Assembly: GCA_951406725.2 (NCBI GenBank)
Contig: OX597823.1
Span: 6,262,001-6,326,000 of the forward strand
Direction of reading: 5' to 3'
From: Octopus vulgaris
Lineage: Eukaryota
DNA length: 64,000 bases
Numbering within the stretch: position 1 is the stretch's first letter; each line of letters opens with the position of its first letter. The notes beneath the pieces were generated by a model, which made no database searches, had not been told where the DNA came from, and worked only from the letters and a program-made list of their open reading frames with translations. The position numbers and the translations under genes were made by a program. This document shows, in pieces, positions 1 to 13,318 of the stretch.

Positions 1-275
1 GAGTCTTCGAAAACAGTTATTATTTATATTGTTATTATATATTATTATTATTATATATATGTATTTTATATTATATTATATTATATATATATATGTATAT
101 ATATATATGTATATATATATATATGTATATATATAAGTGGCGGTTTTTTTATTTTTTATTTTTTACTTTTTTTTAACTTTTTTTTACTTTTTTTTACTTT
201 TTTTACTTTTTTTACTTTTTATTTTTTACTTTTTATTAAAATTTTATGTATTGATTAAGTCTTTCCTTGTTTGTT

Positions 276-315
<40 letters not shown>

Positions 316-317
<2 letters not shown>

Positions 318-431
318 GGCCTGCTCGCTTAGCCAGCGGGGTGGCGTCATTTGAAGGTTAAAACAATGCGAAGCGCATTGTGACCAGCGATGTGTAGCAA
401 CACCTGATAGCCTGGTCGGCCATGTGATCAT

Positions 432-436
<5 letters not shown>
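316..436 (+). mobile_element. 3' fragment of tRNA-derived SINE (family B)
   Basis: Matches the reverse complement of 45070-45160 (gaccagcgatgtgtagcaaca...ggtcggcatgtgatcatgtgatata). Confidence 0.55.
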
Positions 437-478
<42 letters not shown>

Positions 479-513
479 GTTTATATATATAACTTGTATT
501 TCTGTGCTTCATG

Positions 514-940
514 TACCAGGTTGAGTCAAAAGTTTTTTCGTATTTCAAGCTTTAAACAATTCAAAGAAACTACACACAGAAGCGTTTATTCATCAAAATA
601 TATCCCATCCTATTCTGTGGTCTGTTTCCATCGTTGTGTCAGAAGCTCAATACCCTATTTTGGTTAGTTTAGAGGCAAAAGTCTTCTCTGCACCAGTTTT
701 CAACTCAACATTGTTGAAACTCTATCCTTCCAGGAAATGAGCCATGGCTCGGAAAAGGTTGTGATCTGATGGTGCAAGGTCTGGACTGTAGGGCAGGGTG
801 AGGCAGCACTTCCCAGCCCCTCAAATTCCTCAAGTTTGCACTTGACCACATTGGCTGTGTATGCTCGGGCATTGTCATGCTGTGAGAATGCGTGTCCTTG
901 ATTGCTGGGTAGCAGGCTTTCAATACACCATATACTTGCT
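514..940 (-). mobile_element. Mariner transposon remnant (C-terminal transposase, frameshifted)
   Basis: Minus-strand translation across frames gives HDNARAYTA...GWEVLPHP...YSPDLAPSD.NLFRAM...RWK...DGIYFDE*, the mariner DD34D motifs. Confidence 0.85.
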
Positions 941-966
941 GCGGTTATTGAGTATAAAGGTTAGCA

Positions 967-1133
967 TAGGCGCAGGAGTGGCTGTTTGGTAAGTAGCTTG
1001 CTTACGAACCACATGATTCTGGGTTCAGTCCCACTGCGTGGCACCTTCAGCAAGTGTCTTTTACTATAGCCTCGGGCCGACCAAAGCCTTGTGAGTGAAT
1101 TTGCTAGACGGAAACTAGAAGAAGCCCGTCGTA

Positions 1134-1188
<55 letters not shown>

Positions 1189-1412
1189 ATGTGTGTATAT
1201 GTTTGTGTGTCTGAGCTTGTTCCTCCAACATCGCTTGACAACCGATGCTGGTGTGTTTATGTCCCCGCAACTTAGCGGTTCGGCAAAAAGAGACCGATAG
1301 AATAAGTACTGGGCTTACAAAGAATAAGCCCTGGGATCGATTTGCTCGACTAAAGGCGTTACTCCAACATGGCCACAGTCAAATGACTGAAACAAGTACA
1401 AGAATAAAAGAA
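967..1412 (+). mobile_element. Full-length SINE family A: tRNA-like head, internal (TA)n/(TG)n tract, CR1-like 3' tail
   Basis: Head ggcgcaggagtggctg..tggtaag...gggttcagtccc (A/B-box-like); tail catggccacagtcaaatgactgaaacaagta; many homologous copies in the window. Confidence 0.85.
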
Positions 1413-1814
1413 AGACTAAATTCACAACACGACCATCTGAAGCAAGCTCAAAATGCGGCAACTCCTCGAAATTTCACCAAACACACAACCTGACCTTCTG
1501 TTCAAACCGTCCTTGTTTGACAACAGGTTCTGCAGCCAGGCCGGAACGAAGTCACCTATTTCTCTTATGGAGCATCTGGAAGATCTGCCAGCGCTTGCTT
1601 GCAAATGTTCACATATCGTCGTTGAGTCTGGTCCTTGGTCAGTTTATTAGGGGGCTTCTTAACCACAGCCATGCACGCGGATATATACTTATGCTTACGG
1701 CAGGAGAAATAGAATGTTCTGGTATCTATTCTTATTCTAAAAGAATGAACAACGGAAATTAAACTTTCTGCCAATTCATCATTCTTAAGAGTAAATCTCG
1801 AGAATGAAATTCTG

Positions 1815-1816
1815 CG

Positions 1817-1847
<31 letters not shown>

Positions 1848-2030
1848 TCGTGGTCGTCGTCGTGATAGTGGTGTAGTCGTAGTGATGGTAGTCGTAGCGG
1901 TGGTAGTGGTGGTTAAGGTAACGCGACGGCGGTGGCGGTGGCAGTGATGGTCGTGGTCGACGTCGTGGAGGTGGTGATGGTGTTGGTGGTCGTGGTCGCG
2001 GTCGTGGTGGTTATGGTGGTAGAGGCGTTA
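1815..2030. repeat. Degenerate (GGC/GGT/GTC)n trinucleotide tract
   Basis: Direct inspection. Confidence 0.85.
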
Positions 2031-2939
2031 GTATACGGCAGAGAGTGATGTTTGTATTAAATCCTTTAGATTAAATGGAAATCTCCAAGGATTTCACTTT
2101 GCTTTTCAACACAGTCATAAAGTATGTCAAATCAATGAGCGCCATTATTCACAAGTTAAAATGCGTCTTTTCACTTTGTCTCAATTTTTTACTATAAACC
2201 TAAATAGCAAAATTTTGCTCCATTATATTAGCATCAAATATAGATATATATATAACAAAAATTAAGCTTTTGTGCACGTCTCTAGTAGATATTATATGTG
2301 GCATAAATTGAGTGTATTGTCTTTGCTTCTATTAGTTATGGGCCTGATGTTATCTCTACAACAGTCTTCACAGCAAGATATTAAATATTCATTCAGAATG
2401 AAAATATATGGTAGTAATCGTAACACAAAGTACTTTGTGATATTTGATATTGCGTTCTTTATAGTCTTAGTTCAAATCCCACAGGTGTTTTTGCTTGCTT
2501 TTCAAGTTAATAAAACAAGTATATACACACACGAACACATGTATGCATGTATGTATGTGTGTGCATGTACGTGTGTGTGTATGAATGTATTTGCTCGCAC
2601 AGATACACTTGTGCGCATTGAATTTGGTAAACTGGAATCGAGCAATGTCTGCTTCTCGGACGGCCATCTAGATTCTGGCTTACTGGAGTTTTTTGTACGC
2701 CACTTCTAATATTGAGTACGTTTTCTTCAATTTGTTACATGCGTGTATATCTATATACATACATATGTATATATGTATATGAATATTTGAATATGTATGC
2801 ATGTATATATGTAGGTATATAGTGTATATATGTGTATGTATGTATGTATGTATGTATGTATGTATGTATGTATGTATGTATGTACGTGTGTATGTATGCA
2901 TGTATGTATGTATGTATGTATGTATGTATGTATGTATGT

Positions 2940-3700
2940 AGATAAAACTTACTTGGAAAAGGGTGGGTGGCGTTCGATCATATAATAATATAAATAATAT
3001 ATAAATATATGCATATATCTACATACATATATGTACATACCTACATATATATGTATATGTACATGCATATATGGGTACAGGACATAAAAAAAAACGTTAG
3101 ACACAATGAGAAACGAAAACAAAAACAAAACATAGAAACGAACTTATTTTTCGAACAACGAAAACAAACAAACAGAGAAACGAGACATACAACATAAAGA
3201 ATATCCCCCTTCTTCAGTTGTCCCTGTTTCATCTACTCCACGTGTCGAAGGCAAGCACAAGACGCAACTTCTTTGAAACAGTCCTTCCCGCAAAGCAAAT
3301 TTGTCTCTGTCTATCTCTCTCCTTCTTTGTTCTTCATCCTTTCTGGTTTTCTCTCCCACCCTTCCCTATTTTCTCCTCTCCTCTTCACCGTTTTCTCTCT
3401 CTCTCTCACTCCGCCTCCTCGACTCTCTCGTCGCTGACACGTGACGAAAGATAATCTGTCTTTCTGCCCACAACCTTCGCAAAGAAAAAACGTGCTTCAA
3501 CTGTCTCCTTCATAAGCTCGTCTTCCTAGCGTTCAAAAATATTTTTTCCATCGTCTCGACTTAACATCCCTCACCGTATGTTTTTACTGTTTTGTTCTCA
3601 TTGTCCTGTTCTTGTTACCAATTTCACCCTCGGCAAAAAAATTCCAAATTTTATTTAATTTGCTTTGCGGGAAGGTCTCTGTCAACGAAGTCGCGTCTTA
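2940..3700. mobile_element. Interspersed repeat, probable Penelope-like terminal (pseudo-LTR) fragment
   Basis: Shares aacttacttggaa..gtggcgttc.atca.ataata, gggtacaggac and acataaagaa...cttc.tcagttg...tctactcc blocks with 14975-15320 and 15760-15960. Family identity is inferred. Confidence 0.5.
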
Positions 3701-3815
3701 TTGCAGCGGCCCTTCAGTTTTTCTAAACCCTGTAAAAGAACTCTGAAGGTTGGGTCTCCAAGCAGGCCTTTCCTGATACCCTTAAAGCCAGAAACTTTTC
3801 AGCAGCCCCTCGTAC
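3697..3815. mobile_element. Partial mariner-derived MITE
   Basis: Homologous to the right half of 42685-42905; ends aacttttcagcagcccctcgTA. Confidence 0.7.
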
Positions 3816-4181
3816 AGTAAAGTATGAGAAGCGGAAGAGCACATGACACAGAGATGAATATAAATGTGTTCGTGTACTTTTGATCGCTAGTAGATGCGTA
3901 GCGATCGTGTATGGAAATGTGTGAGAAACGGAAGCATTCAGAGCAAAATACGGAACAGTAAGTATTATGTTACGACTCTTTCCATTTCGGATTCAGACCC
4001 CGACCGATCAACTCTGCCTTTCATCTCTCAAGGGATTAACGATAAGATAAGACACAGACTATATATTCCACTTCACTCTACACCTTACTTTCCCTTTCTA
4101 TTTCTTTTCTGTTCATCTTTTTCCTTTTATTTTTTAATTTTTAAATAAAACTTGTGTCTGGATATGAGTTATGTATTTATT

Positions 4182-4236
<55 letters not shown>

Positions 4237-4599
4237 TATCGTTGTTGCTTTCCTTAAACCCTTAAGTCCACTCTGATCGAGCAGACCCGTGATGAAAAGC
4301 ATTCCAGCCGTGATCCTTCATCACTTAACCTGTTCAAAACTCACTAAAGTTGATTTTGCCTTTTATCACTCCGAGGTCGACAAAAATGCACGAATCATGT
4401 ACTGGGTGTAGAATTCTCTCTCTCTCTCTCTTTCTCTCTCTATCTCTCTCTCTCCCCCCTCTCTCTCTCTCGCTCTCTCTTTTTTTTTGTTACACGGCTC
4501 AATTAGGGCCTCCGCTACTTGAGGAAAAGGGTGGAAATTAAGATCAGATGGGAAACCAGCTCGGAATACTTCATCCAAGTAGATTCCACTAAAGGAACC

Positions 4600-5345
4600 C
4601 AACGACAGAAAAGGTTCTTCCAATTTGGTTCCATAGAGTGTCATCTCCTCAATAAATGTCACTCACAACGCTTCTGTCGACGACAATGTACAAATCCTTG
4701 TACATTGTCATTATTTTCCGACTTTTATTTTAATCAACACCTTACAGTCCCTCTTTGTTCCAATTCACGAAACCTGCCGCATATCTCACAATTGATGCAA
4801 CCCTTAAATTTCTTACCTTTGCAATAACTTTATCGTTCTGATGTACTCCTTCAAAATAGTTTCCTTCATTTCTCTTTTTTCGATGGTAGCTGATTCCAAA
4901 AATTTTCAAATGTTTGTATCCTTGACTTTCTTCTAAACTTTTCATTACTACATTATTTGGCGGCTGCAGTCCTTGATTCTGCGCTACCTTCCCCCTTTCC
5001 AGTATCAAAATGGCATACGTATTGATACCAAATTCCATACCTGTGCCATAATTAAAAATTCTCACTGTGTTCATCAGTGTACCATATTTATATTTTTCCC
5101 CCCATGAAGCTGTAATACGTCCTTGTATAGTGGATGGTTAACCATTCACACACCATTTCCCAAATCATTTCCTGCTTTATCATCTCTCAAAACCATCGGC
5201 AGAGATATCAATATCAGCACAAACAGAAGTAGTGAGAGATTATCTCCTTGAAATATTCCTCTTCTGATATTCTCTGAACCCAATGACTTCCCCGTAGATG
5301 TCAACTCCGTACATTCTCTACCACTCCGAGCGACCAGCATGATAC
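4600..5345 (-). pseudogene. Old, degraded R4/Dong-type (RLE) LINE reverse transcriptase fragment
   Basis: NIRRGIFQGDNLSLLLF, MEFGI...LERGKV and YKHL motifs, homologous to the RT at 50550-51385. Confidence 0.75.
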
Positions 5346-5732
5346 TGAATCCTATTTCTTCGCATTATAGTAGCACTCAAATGAAGCCACCCCACCGGGT
5401 AGGCGGGAATGCTTAGCTAGCTTCCAAGCTCTAACGGTTAGACTACATGCTCGCTTCAGGGAGACAGTCTTTCTGCTGGGTCCCTAGTTTGGTGTCTTTG
5501 GTTAGACCTGCCACGGTATTCGCCCCCCCCCCCCTACCACAGCCGCCGGAAGAGCAGTTAGTTTCATCACTATGAGGTATTGACTTATATTTACATATGT
5601 ATAAATAAGACATACATATATATCCACACACACACACATGCACGCGCACACACACACATACACACACATATATATATTTATATACGCACACATTCATATA
5701 TGTATATACGCAAACATTTATTTATATATATT

Positions 5733-5792
<60 letters not shown>

Positions 5793-5880
5793 CATATATA
5801 TCTACATATACACATACACACATACATACACACATATGTGTGTGTGTGTGTGTGCGTGTATGTGTGTGTTTGTATGTATA

Positions 5881-6142
5881 CAGTGGCGGACCGTCCATGT
5901 TGCCAGCTTGCCCGACGGCAAGTGGGTCCCTGAGCCATTAGAATCCATATATGAGGGCCCATGTTAGTACCTAAGGGGCCCATTCCCTCACGTTTGAGAA
6001 TTTTTTATTCACTCCTGGAAGAATGCATTAATTATTTCAGCCTGGCTGTGTTTGTAGACAGTTGAAAAGAATAGTTTAACAAGTAGTTGCGGGTGGGCCC
6101 CTTTGGTCTCCTGGCAACCAATATTTTTAGACCCCGCCGCTA

Positions 6143-6145
<3 letters not shown>
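5881..6145. mobile_element. Probable hAT-like MITE
   Basis: Termini cagtggcgg ... ccgccgctactg form imperfect inverted repeats; GC-rich gggccc subterminal motifs; flanked by TA repeats. Confidence 0.5.
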
Positions 6146-6204
<59 letters not shown>

Positions 6205-6494
6205 TTTTTGTACCTTCGGTGGAACACAGCCGTTGAAAACTACATTTGCGTAGATGGAAAAGTCGGCGGAATGAATGAAGTCTGACTTTCTCATGGCTAT
6301 TGATTACGACACAGGAGCCAAAGGATTGTGACTGTTACCATGGTGGAAGATTTCAACCAGGGACTGGAACAGATTACCACATCGAGCTGACAAAATCTAA
6401 TTATTACTTTTCTCAGCTCACTTTCCCACACACGCATTGAAACATTATGCACATACAGACGTACCTGTAGGCACACACACATACATGCACATAC

Positions 6495-6533
<39 letters not shown>

Positions 6534-6629
6534 TAAAAATGGTAAGACAACAAAAGAATGAAAGAGACCTCGATATTATGTAAAGAGAGGAATTTATCTG
6601 TAAATGTAATATGTGACAACTATTCAGTA

Positions 6630-6700
6630 GCCATGATAAAACTCCGAGTTTCGGATACCGAGGTGGAAATCCACGCTGCCATCTCTTCAGTTATCCGGCC
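6630..6700 (-). ncRNA. Type I minimal hammerhead ribozyme (Penelope-like pseudo-LTR context)
   Basis: Minus strand: gataa-CTGAAGA-gat...gtggatttccac...atcc-GAAA-ctc g gag-TT-ttatc. Stem I gataa/ttatc, near-palindromic stem III, GUU cleavage triplet. Lies between ~38-bp inverted repeats (6595-6632 / 6710-6747). Confidence 0.65.
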
Positions 6701-6774
6701 ATCGGAAAAGGCTACCGAATAATTGTCACATATTACATTTACAGATATATATATATATATATATATACATATAT

Positions 6775-6879
<105 letters not shown>

Positions 6880-6894
6880 CACATAAATATATAC

Positions 6895-6982
<88 letters not shown>

Positions 6983-7247
6983 ATATATATATATATGCTG
7001 CACGTACGTACGTATGTATGTATCTATGTATATTGGTCGCTTTCAATTCCCAAATTTCATTGAATCCCCCACTATTGGCTTGTAGAATGGAAAGACACGG
7101 GCCAATGTAATTCTAGATGTAGGAATCGAAGGGACGGTCAAGTTTGAAGCGTCTTTTAGTCTGCTTTGATAATGAACGCCAAAGTGGAGCCCGGCCGTGC
7201 GAACAACATATGTATTCACTCACAGAAACAAACACATGAACTTTCGA

Positions 7248-7330
<83 letters not shown>

Positions 7331-7443
7331 GTATGTATATGTATACATACATACATATATATACATACATACTTACACAGCACACGCGCATATTTGTACA
7401 TATATATAATATACATGCATATATAAAATATCATATGTGTGTG

Positions 7444-7483
<40 letters not shown>

Positions 7484-8624
7484 TACACATGCTTATATAT
7501 GTTAATGTATACTGTTGATATTTTATAGAAAATCTTATATTTGACACGTTTATTCGATATTCTTGGGGGAGAATTAAAATATGTGTTATATAAATGCTGA
7601 TACGAAAAAGATTAATAAACACCAGAATCAAAATACTATTCTTGTCACGAAAACCATTTCTGAACTCCCATCGGGACTTAAAAGGAAGCAATGCAAACTT
7701 CACCGTGACATTTGCCTAATGTCTACACAATTTTTTAGTTTCTTTCCCCTATTTTTTGTTTTCTGCTCTGATTTTTTTTCTCTTTGGAATCTGCTGGAAC
7801 CAAGTGTTATAAGGGCACTGTATATATTTATTTATTTAATTATTTATCACATGCTGTTTGTCAAGTTTAATACAAGGTAACGTACAGACGACTTCTAAGC
7901 ATATTACTTCAGCTAATCTGCGTGATCAAACGAAAGTACCCCAGAATAATGTTGCTAACAAGAGTGCTACAGTATTAACCTACAAGTTGTATGAAGGCAT
8001 AACTGTGTTGTTAAGAAGTTTTATTTTCATAACCATGCGAATCCTGGTTCGATCCTGCTCCGCGGACCTCGCACAAGTGTTTGTATGAGCGAGCATACGT
8101 GCGTCATACAAGCTGCGTAAGGGCGTTTATACATCCATATCTGTTAACGGTTTTATTTAATACTTTTTTCGCCGTATTGCGTATTGGTTTCTTTTTGGAA
8201 TCTGTTTCTTTATTATTGATATTCTATATATATGAAGCCATATCCTTAATTGTGCTACTTCTTTTTCACAAGAACTGAGAAAATACATTGCGCAACTGTT
8301 ATTTTAACGAGTTGTATCTGCTTATCACCCAAAGAGACACATCTGCACCGTAGGATGCTCCCGAACCAGTTAATAAGTGTCCCACCCGTGAGAGATCGAT
8401 GCTAGACGTGTCGAAACAATTGTAGTGATTAATAAAACTTTCATATCTTCCATCTTCCGTCTCTCGTTGCTCAGATACATACATACGTTTGAGAATAAAT
8501 TATTTCCTTATCTGTATATTTCAATACAGCTTAGCGCTTCTAAAAAGTAAACTCAGCTTATTTACATTCATAGATATATATATATATATATATATATATA
8601 GGTATAGAAATTAAATATAAAATA

Positions 8625-8900
8625 TAAATTACAAAGTGGGACAAGAACGCAAAAACACACAAGGAGACGACACAAAAAAACAGACGGGTCACTCGAAGCC
8701 TCTAATCTTCAGTCAGGAACCGGATCATCTTAGTAATTTCGGCTGTTTAATCTCGATATTACTCCGACCCGGCCAGCCCCAAGGAAAATCCAAGCCACAG
8801 GCATTGGATTTCTTGGAAAGAGGGTCGAATGTATACGGAACAAAGACAGGATGCCACACGAATATAAATACAAGAAACAAAAATATATATAAAAAACAGA
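8625..8900. mobile_element. Interspersed repeat (probable Penelope-like end); inverted homolog at 40200-40478, fragment at 19925-19982
   Basis: gggacaagaacgcaaaaca...gacgacacaaaaaa...tcgaagcc...aatcttcagtca is shared among the three loci. Confidence 0.55.
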
Positions 8901-9022
8901 AATAAAAAACACGAAGGTGGACAGTACAAGGACAGGAGCGTCTTACGACTTTAGACAATTTTTAACTTATCTTGGCTGGCGTATATGAAAAAGCCTTCAA
9001 CGGCAAAAACGAAAACAACGTG

Positions 9023-9071
<49 letters not shown>

Positions 9072-9871
9072 TGTATGGGTAGTGAATTTTGCAAGCATGA
9101 ACTGGATTCGATCCACCACAGCCAAATTTAAATTAGTAGTTCAACAGAACTTTTCTCACGGTAAAACAGTAGTTTTTCTCTGACAGTGGTTTTACATTTG
9201 CCAGATTGCCTTTAGCTAGGCCGAAATAATGTCTTCACTACTTGACCCTTATAACCTTTTCTACTTCACCAAAAGCTAGAATAGCGATATCACAGTACCA
9301 CCAACGAAGCCCATTGTTCTCAACGATATGTCTATTCTTCTGGATAGTTATAAAAACAAGAACCCGCAAGCAAAAGACAGTCATTTCGGTGACAATTGAG
9401 TGAGAACGAAGTCTGGCTGACCAGCTAGAAACTTGGTCAGAGGGAGAAATGAAGTTTACTGTCATCAACAGTGAGACAACGTCCCACAACCCTACAACTC
9501 TCACTAGCTCTAATTCTATTCTCTTACAGCATCATTCTATCTCTCTCTCAGTAATTACTACTAAACAATGAAGAGGACACAAACACAAACTTTACTTCAC
9601 ATGCTTTTGGATGTATCAAAACCTGCCCGTCGTCGAGGCAAGGTATTGTAACGTAACGGTAAATGAATATTTCCTTAAAACTTCATGCATTGTTCATCTT
9701 TCACATCTTACAACTTGCCGTTATAACAACAGATTCTTATCGTCACAACTGCTGACTCCGACATTTCATGATAATGTTTATTGATCAATCTTAAACCCGT
9801 TACAATTGGTAACTACACTAATTAAAACTTAATCGTTACATATGTATACACAACCATACATGTACACACGT

Positions 9872-9955
<84 letters not shown>

Positions 9956-10043
9956 TATTATTATTATTATTATAACTAATATGTTACAAGCTAATCACAC
10001 TGAAAGTTTCTAAAGGGAATGAAATAGTAATACATATGATTAT

Positions 10044-10074
<31 letters not shown>

Positions 10075-10952
10075 TATATATATATATGTGTGTGTGTACG
10101 TATATGTGTGTGTACCGTGTCGCTTCTTCTCTCTCTCCCCCGCTCTCTCCCCCCTCTCTCGCAAAATACCCTGGGCTTCGAGTGGGTCGTCGGAGACCAC
10201 TTGTAGAACACTCTTTCTCCAAAACACGGATTAATGAAATGCGAAATTAATAAATGGCTTTTACTGAAAGTCTTTGCACGACATTTCATCTGTTGTTTTC
10301 AACCAGGTCACGTGGTTTGCAGTCGTGTACCGCTCAATGCTTTTATTGGTCGTTACTTATGGATAACTCTTTGTTCCTAGGGGAGATTACTCTGGCGCTT
10401 TGTCTTCATTTCAACCTTTCAAGGAAATACAGTTTATTTATTTATTTATTTATTTATTTATTGATGAATCTGTCTATTGGGCTTCGAATTCCGGTAGGAA
10501 ATGGTTTTACCCTTCGGGGATAAAGTTTGAGAAGGTTGTCGTTTCTTTCTGTGATGTGATATTTCCCCGAAATGCACATCTGCTACTTTATCTCAACATC
10601 TGCATCCTATCCTGTGAGTCTGTGCATGTGTGTGTGTGTGTGTATGTGTGTGTATATGTGTGTGTGTGCGCGCGCGCGTGTATCTTCTCTCCTGTATACA
10701 TGTATGCCTAGATGGTTGGATGGATGGTTGGATGGATGGATGGATGGTTGGATGGATGGATGGATGGTTGGATGGATGGATGGATGGATGAATGGCTGGG
10801 TGGATAGATTATAAATGCTCGCATGTTTGTATATATATATGTATGTATGCGTCTATGTACGCGTTTATGCATGAACAATCGCAGTTGTATGAAAGAAATG
10901 CGTGCGTATCCTGTATGTTCTTATGCGCGATTATGTCTCGCAACATATCTAT

Positions 10953-11068
10953 TTGAGGGTCGACTGAAAAGTACATTGGCTGGCCATGACACTCTCATGG
11001 AATGGGGACAAATGTGGTTTATTTTTCAACATAACCCCATTTGCAGTCCACACACTTCTTCCATCAAT
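10953..11068 (-). mobile_element. Mariner 3' end fragment
   Basis: TIR-like gagggtcgactgaaaagt; minus strand encodes terminal ...KCVDCKWGYVEK*. Confidence 0.6.
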
Positions 11069-11081
11069 ATTGTGTGCGCTT

Positions 11082-11082
<1 letters not shown>

Positions 11083-11125
<43 letters not shown>

Positions 11126-11332
11126 ATTTGGCTCAAAAGCAAATAGCAAGGCCATGTAGGGGGACATGGGGTTAAGTACAGGGTGGTGTTCTTGTAAAGA
11201 GTTCAGGCCACTTGAGGTCAAGGGAGGCTTTGAACAAAGCGGTCGTCGGCATCTTCACCATCTCGTCTGGCAGCTTGTTCCACGGATCCGCAACCCGGAC
11301 GGAGAAAGCTCCTCTCCTTCGATTGAGATCTC
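11083..11332 (-). mobile_element. CR1-clade LINE 3' end with (CTAA)n tail
   Basis: Minus frame RRRGAFSVRVADPWNKLPDEMV...LFKASLD, a typical CR1 C-terminus, then a 3'UTR and (TTAG)n on the plus strand at 11083-11124. Confidence 0.75.
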
Positions 11333-11944
11333 ATTGGTGAAGAAGCTTCCGTTGTGTCGATCAAAAAGTCATCAACAACAGGCATGACGTCATCATCACT
11401 GCAACACTGGTTCCCAGCCAAGTGTTTTTTTTTTTCATGTTGGGGAAAAGCTGATAGTTAGATGGGGCTAAAGGACCAAATCAGGAAAATAGGGAGGCTG
11501 AGCAACAAGTTGTACGCGCCAGTATCTATAACATGCATTATCAATCCATGGCCAAAAGTCTTTGCCAAGAAGTCAGTGACTTGGAGCCAATAACACAATT
11601 AATTTGTTTGCTTTTAAAGTATAATTTACAGACACATGACGCGGAAAAGGATTGTAAGTACATGCATAAGTAAATACACATACACACATGTGTGCGTGTA
11701 TGCGTATGTACGTATATGTGCATGTATAATATGTGTGTGTACATATATATATGTGTGTATGCCTGAATGTGTGTGTGTGTGTGTGTGTTCATGCGTCATG
11801 CTGAACTGGCAATTTTAGCAAGTCTCTGAATAATTACAAAGTTTTATGTCTGTAATATATATATATCCCTACCGTTCACACATCCTTAATACATGTTGCT
11901 TTTGCGCAATAAATGTGTCGGTTTGGGGATTATGCAATGTGGAT

Positions 11945-12033
<89 letters not shown>

Positions 12034-12084
12034 TATATATATACATACATACATACATGCATATACATATACATACATGCATAT

Positions 12085-12125
<41 letters not shown>

Positions 12126-12212
12126 CATGCGTGTGGGGGGGTGTACTGGTATGCTTATATGTATATGAATATAGATAAACAGACAGACAGAAAGACAAAT
12201 AAATAGACAGAG

Positions 12213-12313
<101 letters not shown>

Positions 12314-12314
12314 C

Positions 12315-12347
<33 letters not shown>

Positions 12348-12902
12348 CACACAGACACACATATGTAAGCAGAAATATATACATATGAACGCATATAATG
12401 CGTAGGAATGTTACGCATGTATGTATATAAATACATACATGCACATATATTTATTTATGTGTGTGTGTGTGTGTGTGTTTGTATATTTGTACGTGGCTGT
12501 GTTTAGTTTTGTGTGCATGTATATAAGCATTCACATGTACATGTATGCGTGCACATGTGTGCAAATGCATGAATGTTTAATCTGTATTAATGTTTTGGAA
12601 ACAAAAACATGAAAGCAATAAGAGGAAGGTCACGGTTTGTTTCTATTCAGGCCGGAAGTGGTGAGTTCTCTAGACGACAGAAACTGGAGTGGGTTTATAA
12701 TGAGACAACCTTGCAATATTAAGTGTACGGTAAGAGGCTGTGTCTCGGCTATTATATCTCAACATCCGTATCCGTTGCTCTGTATGTGTGTGTGTGTATG
12801 CGCATACATATATGTCTACATGTGTGTGCGTCTCTGTGTGTACACAGACATCTGCATACATGTGTGTATATACGTATCTGCTGTCTGTTTGTCTGTCTAT
12901 CC

Positions 12903-12945
<43 letters not shown>

Positions 12946-12950
12946 CATCC

Positions 12951-12993
<43 letters not shown>

Positions 12994-13040
12994 CATCCAT
13001 CTATCTATCTATCTATCAATCTATCTATCTATCTATCTAT

Positions 13041-13279
13041 CTACACTTCATATTGACATTTCTGTGATAACGATCCCTATTGATCAATTTTTTTCCTCCC
13101 CCCTTTTTTTTAAACCCCTTTTTTTTTTTGTCCTCTTTCTCTCCTTTTACGATCCCTTTTGATCGAAACTCCCCCTTCCTTTTTTTTTTTTTTTTTTTTT
13201 TCTTAAACCTTCAAAAGAAAAGCTCTACCTTGTAATTTGTTCTATCTGTGTGCAGCCCTGTGTGGCTAATAAAGAAACA

Positions 13280-13280
<1 letters not shown>
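13041..13280 (+). mobile_element. Isolated 3'UTR copy of the adjacent Tx1-clade LINE
   Basis: Identical to 14352-14591 apart from homopolymer lengths; flanked by (TATC)n on both sides. Confidence 0.85.

Positions 13281-13318
<38 letters not shown>

Noticed and set aside
1556-1735. Minus-strand exon candidate containing NKNRYQNIL (PTP motif-1-like)
   Set aside because: The frame stops within a few codons and no other PTP exons were found; likely chance.
11083-11124. Telomere-like repeat
   Set aside because: The unit is TTAG, not TTAGGG, and it is the tail of a CR1 insertion.
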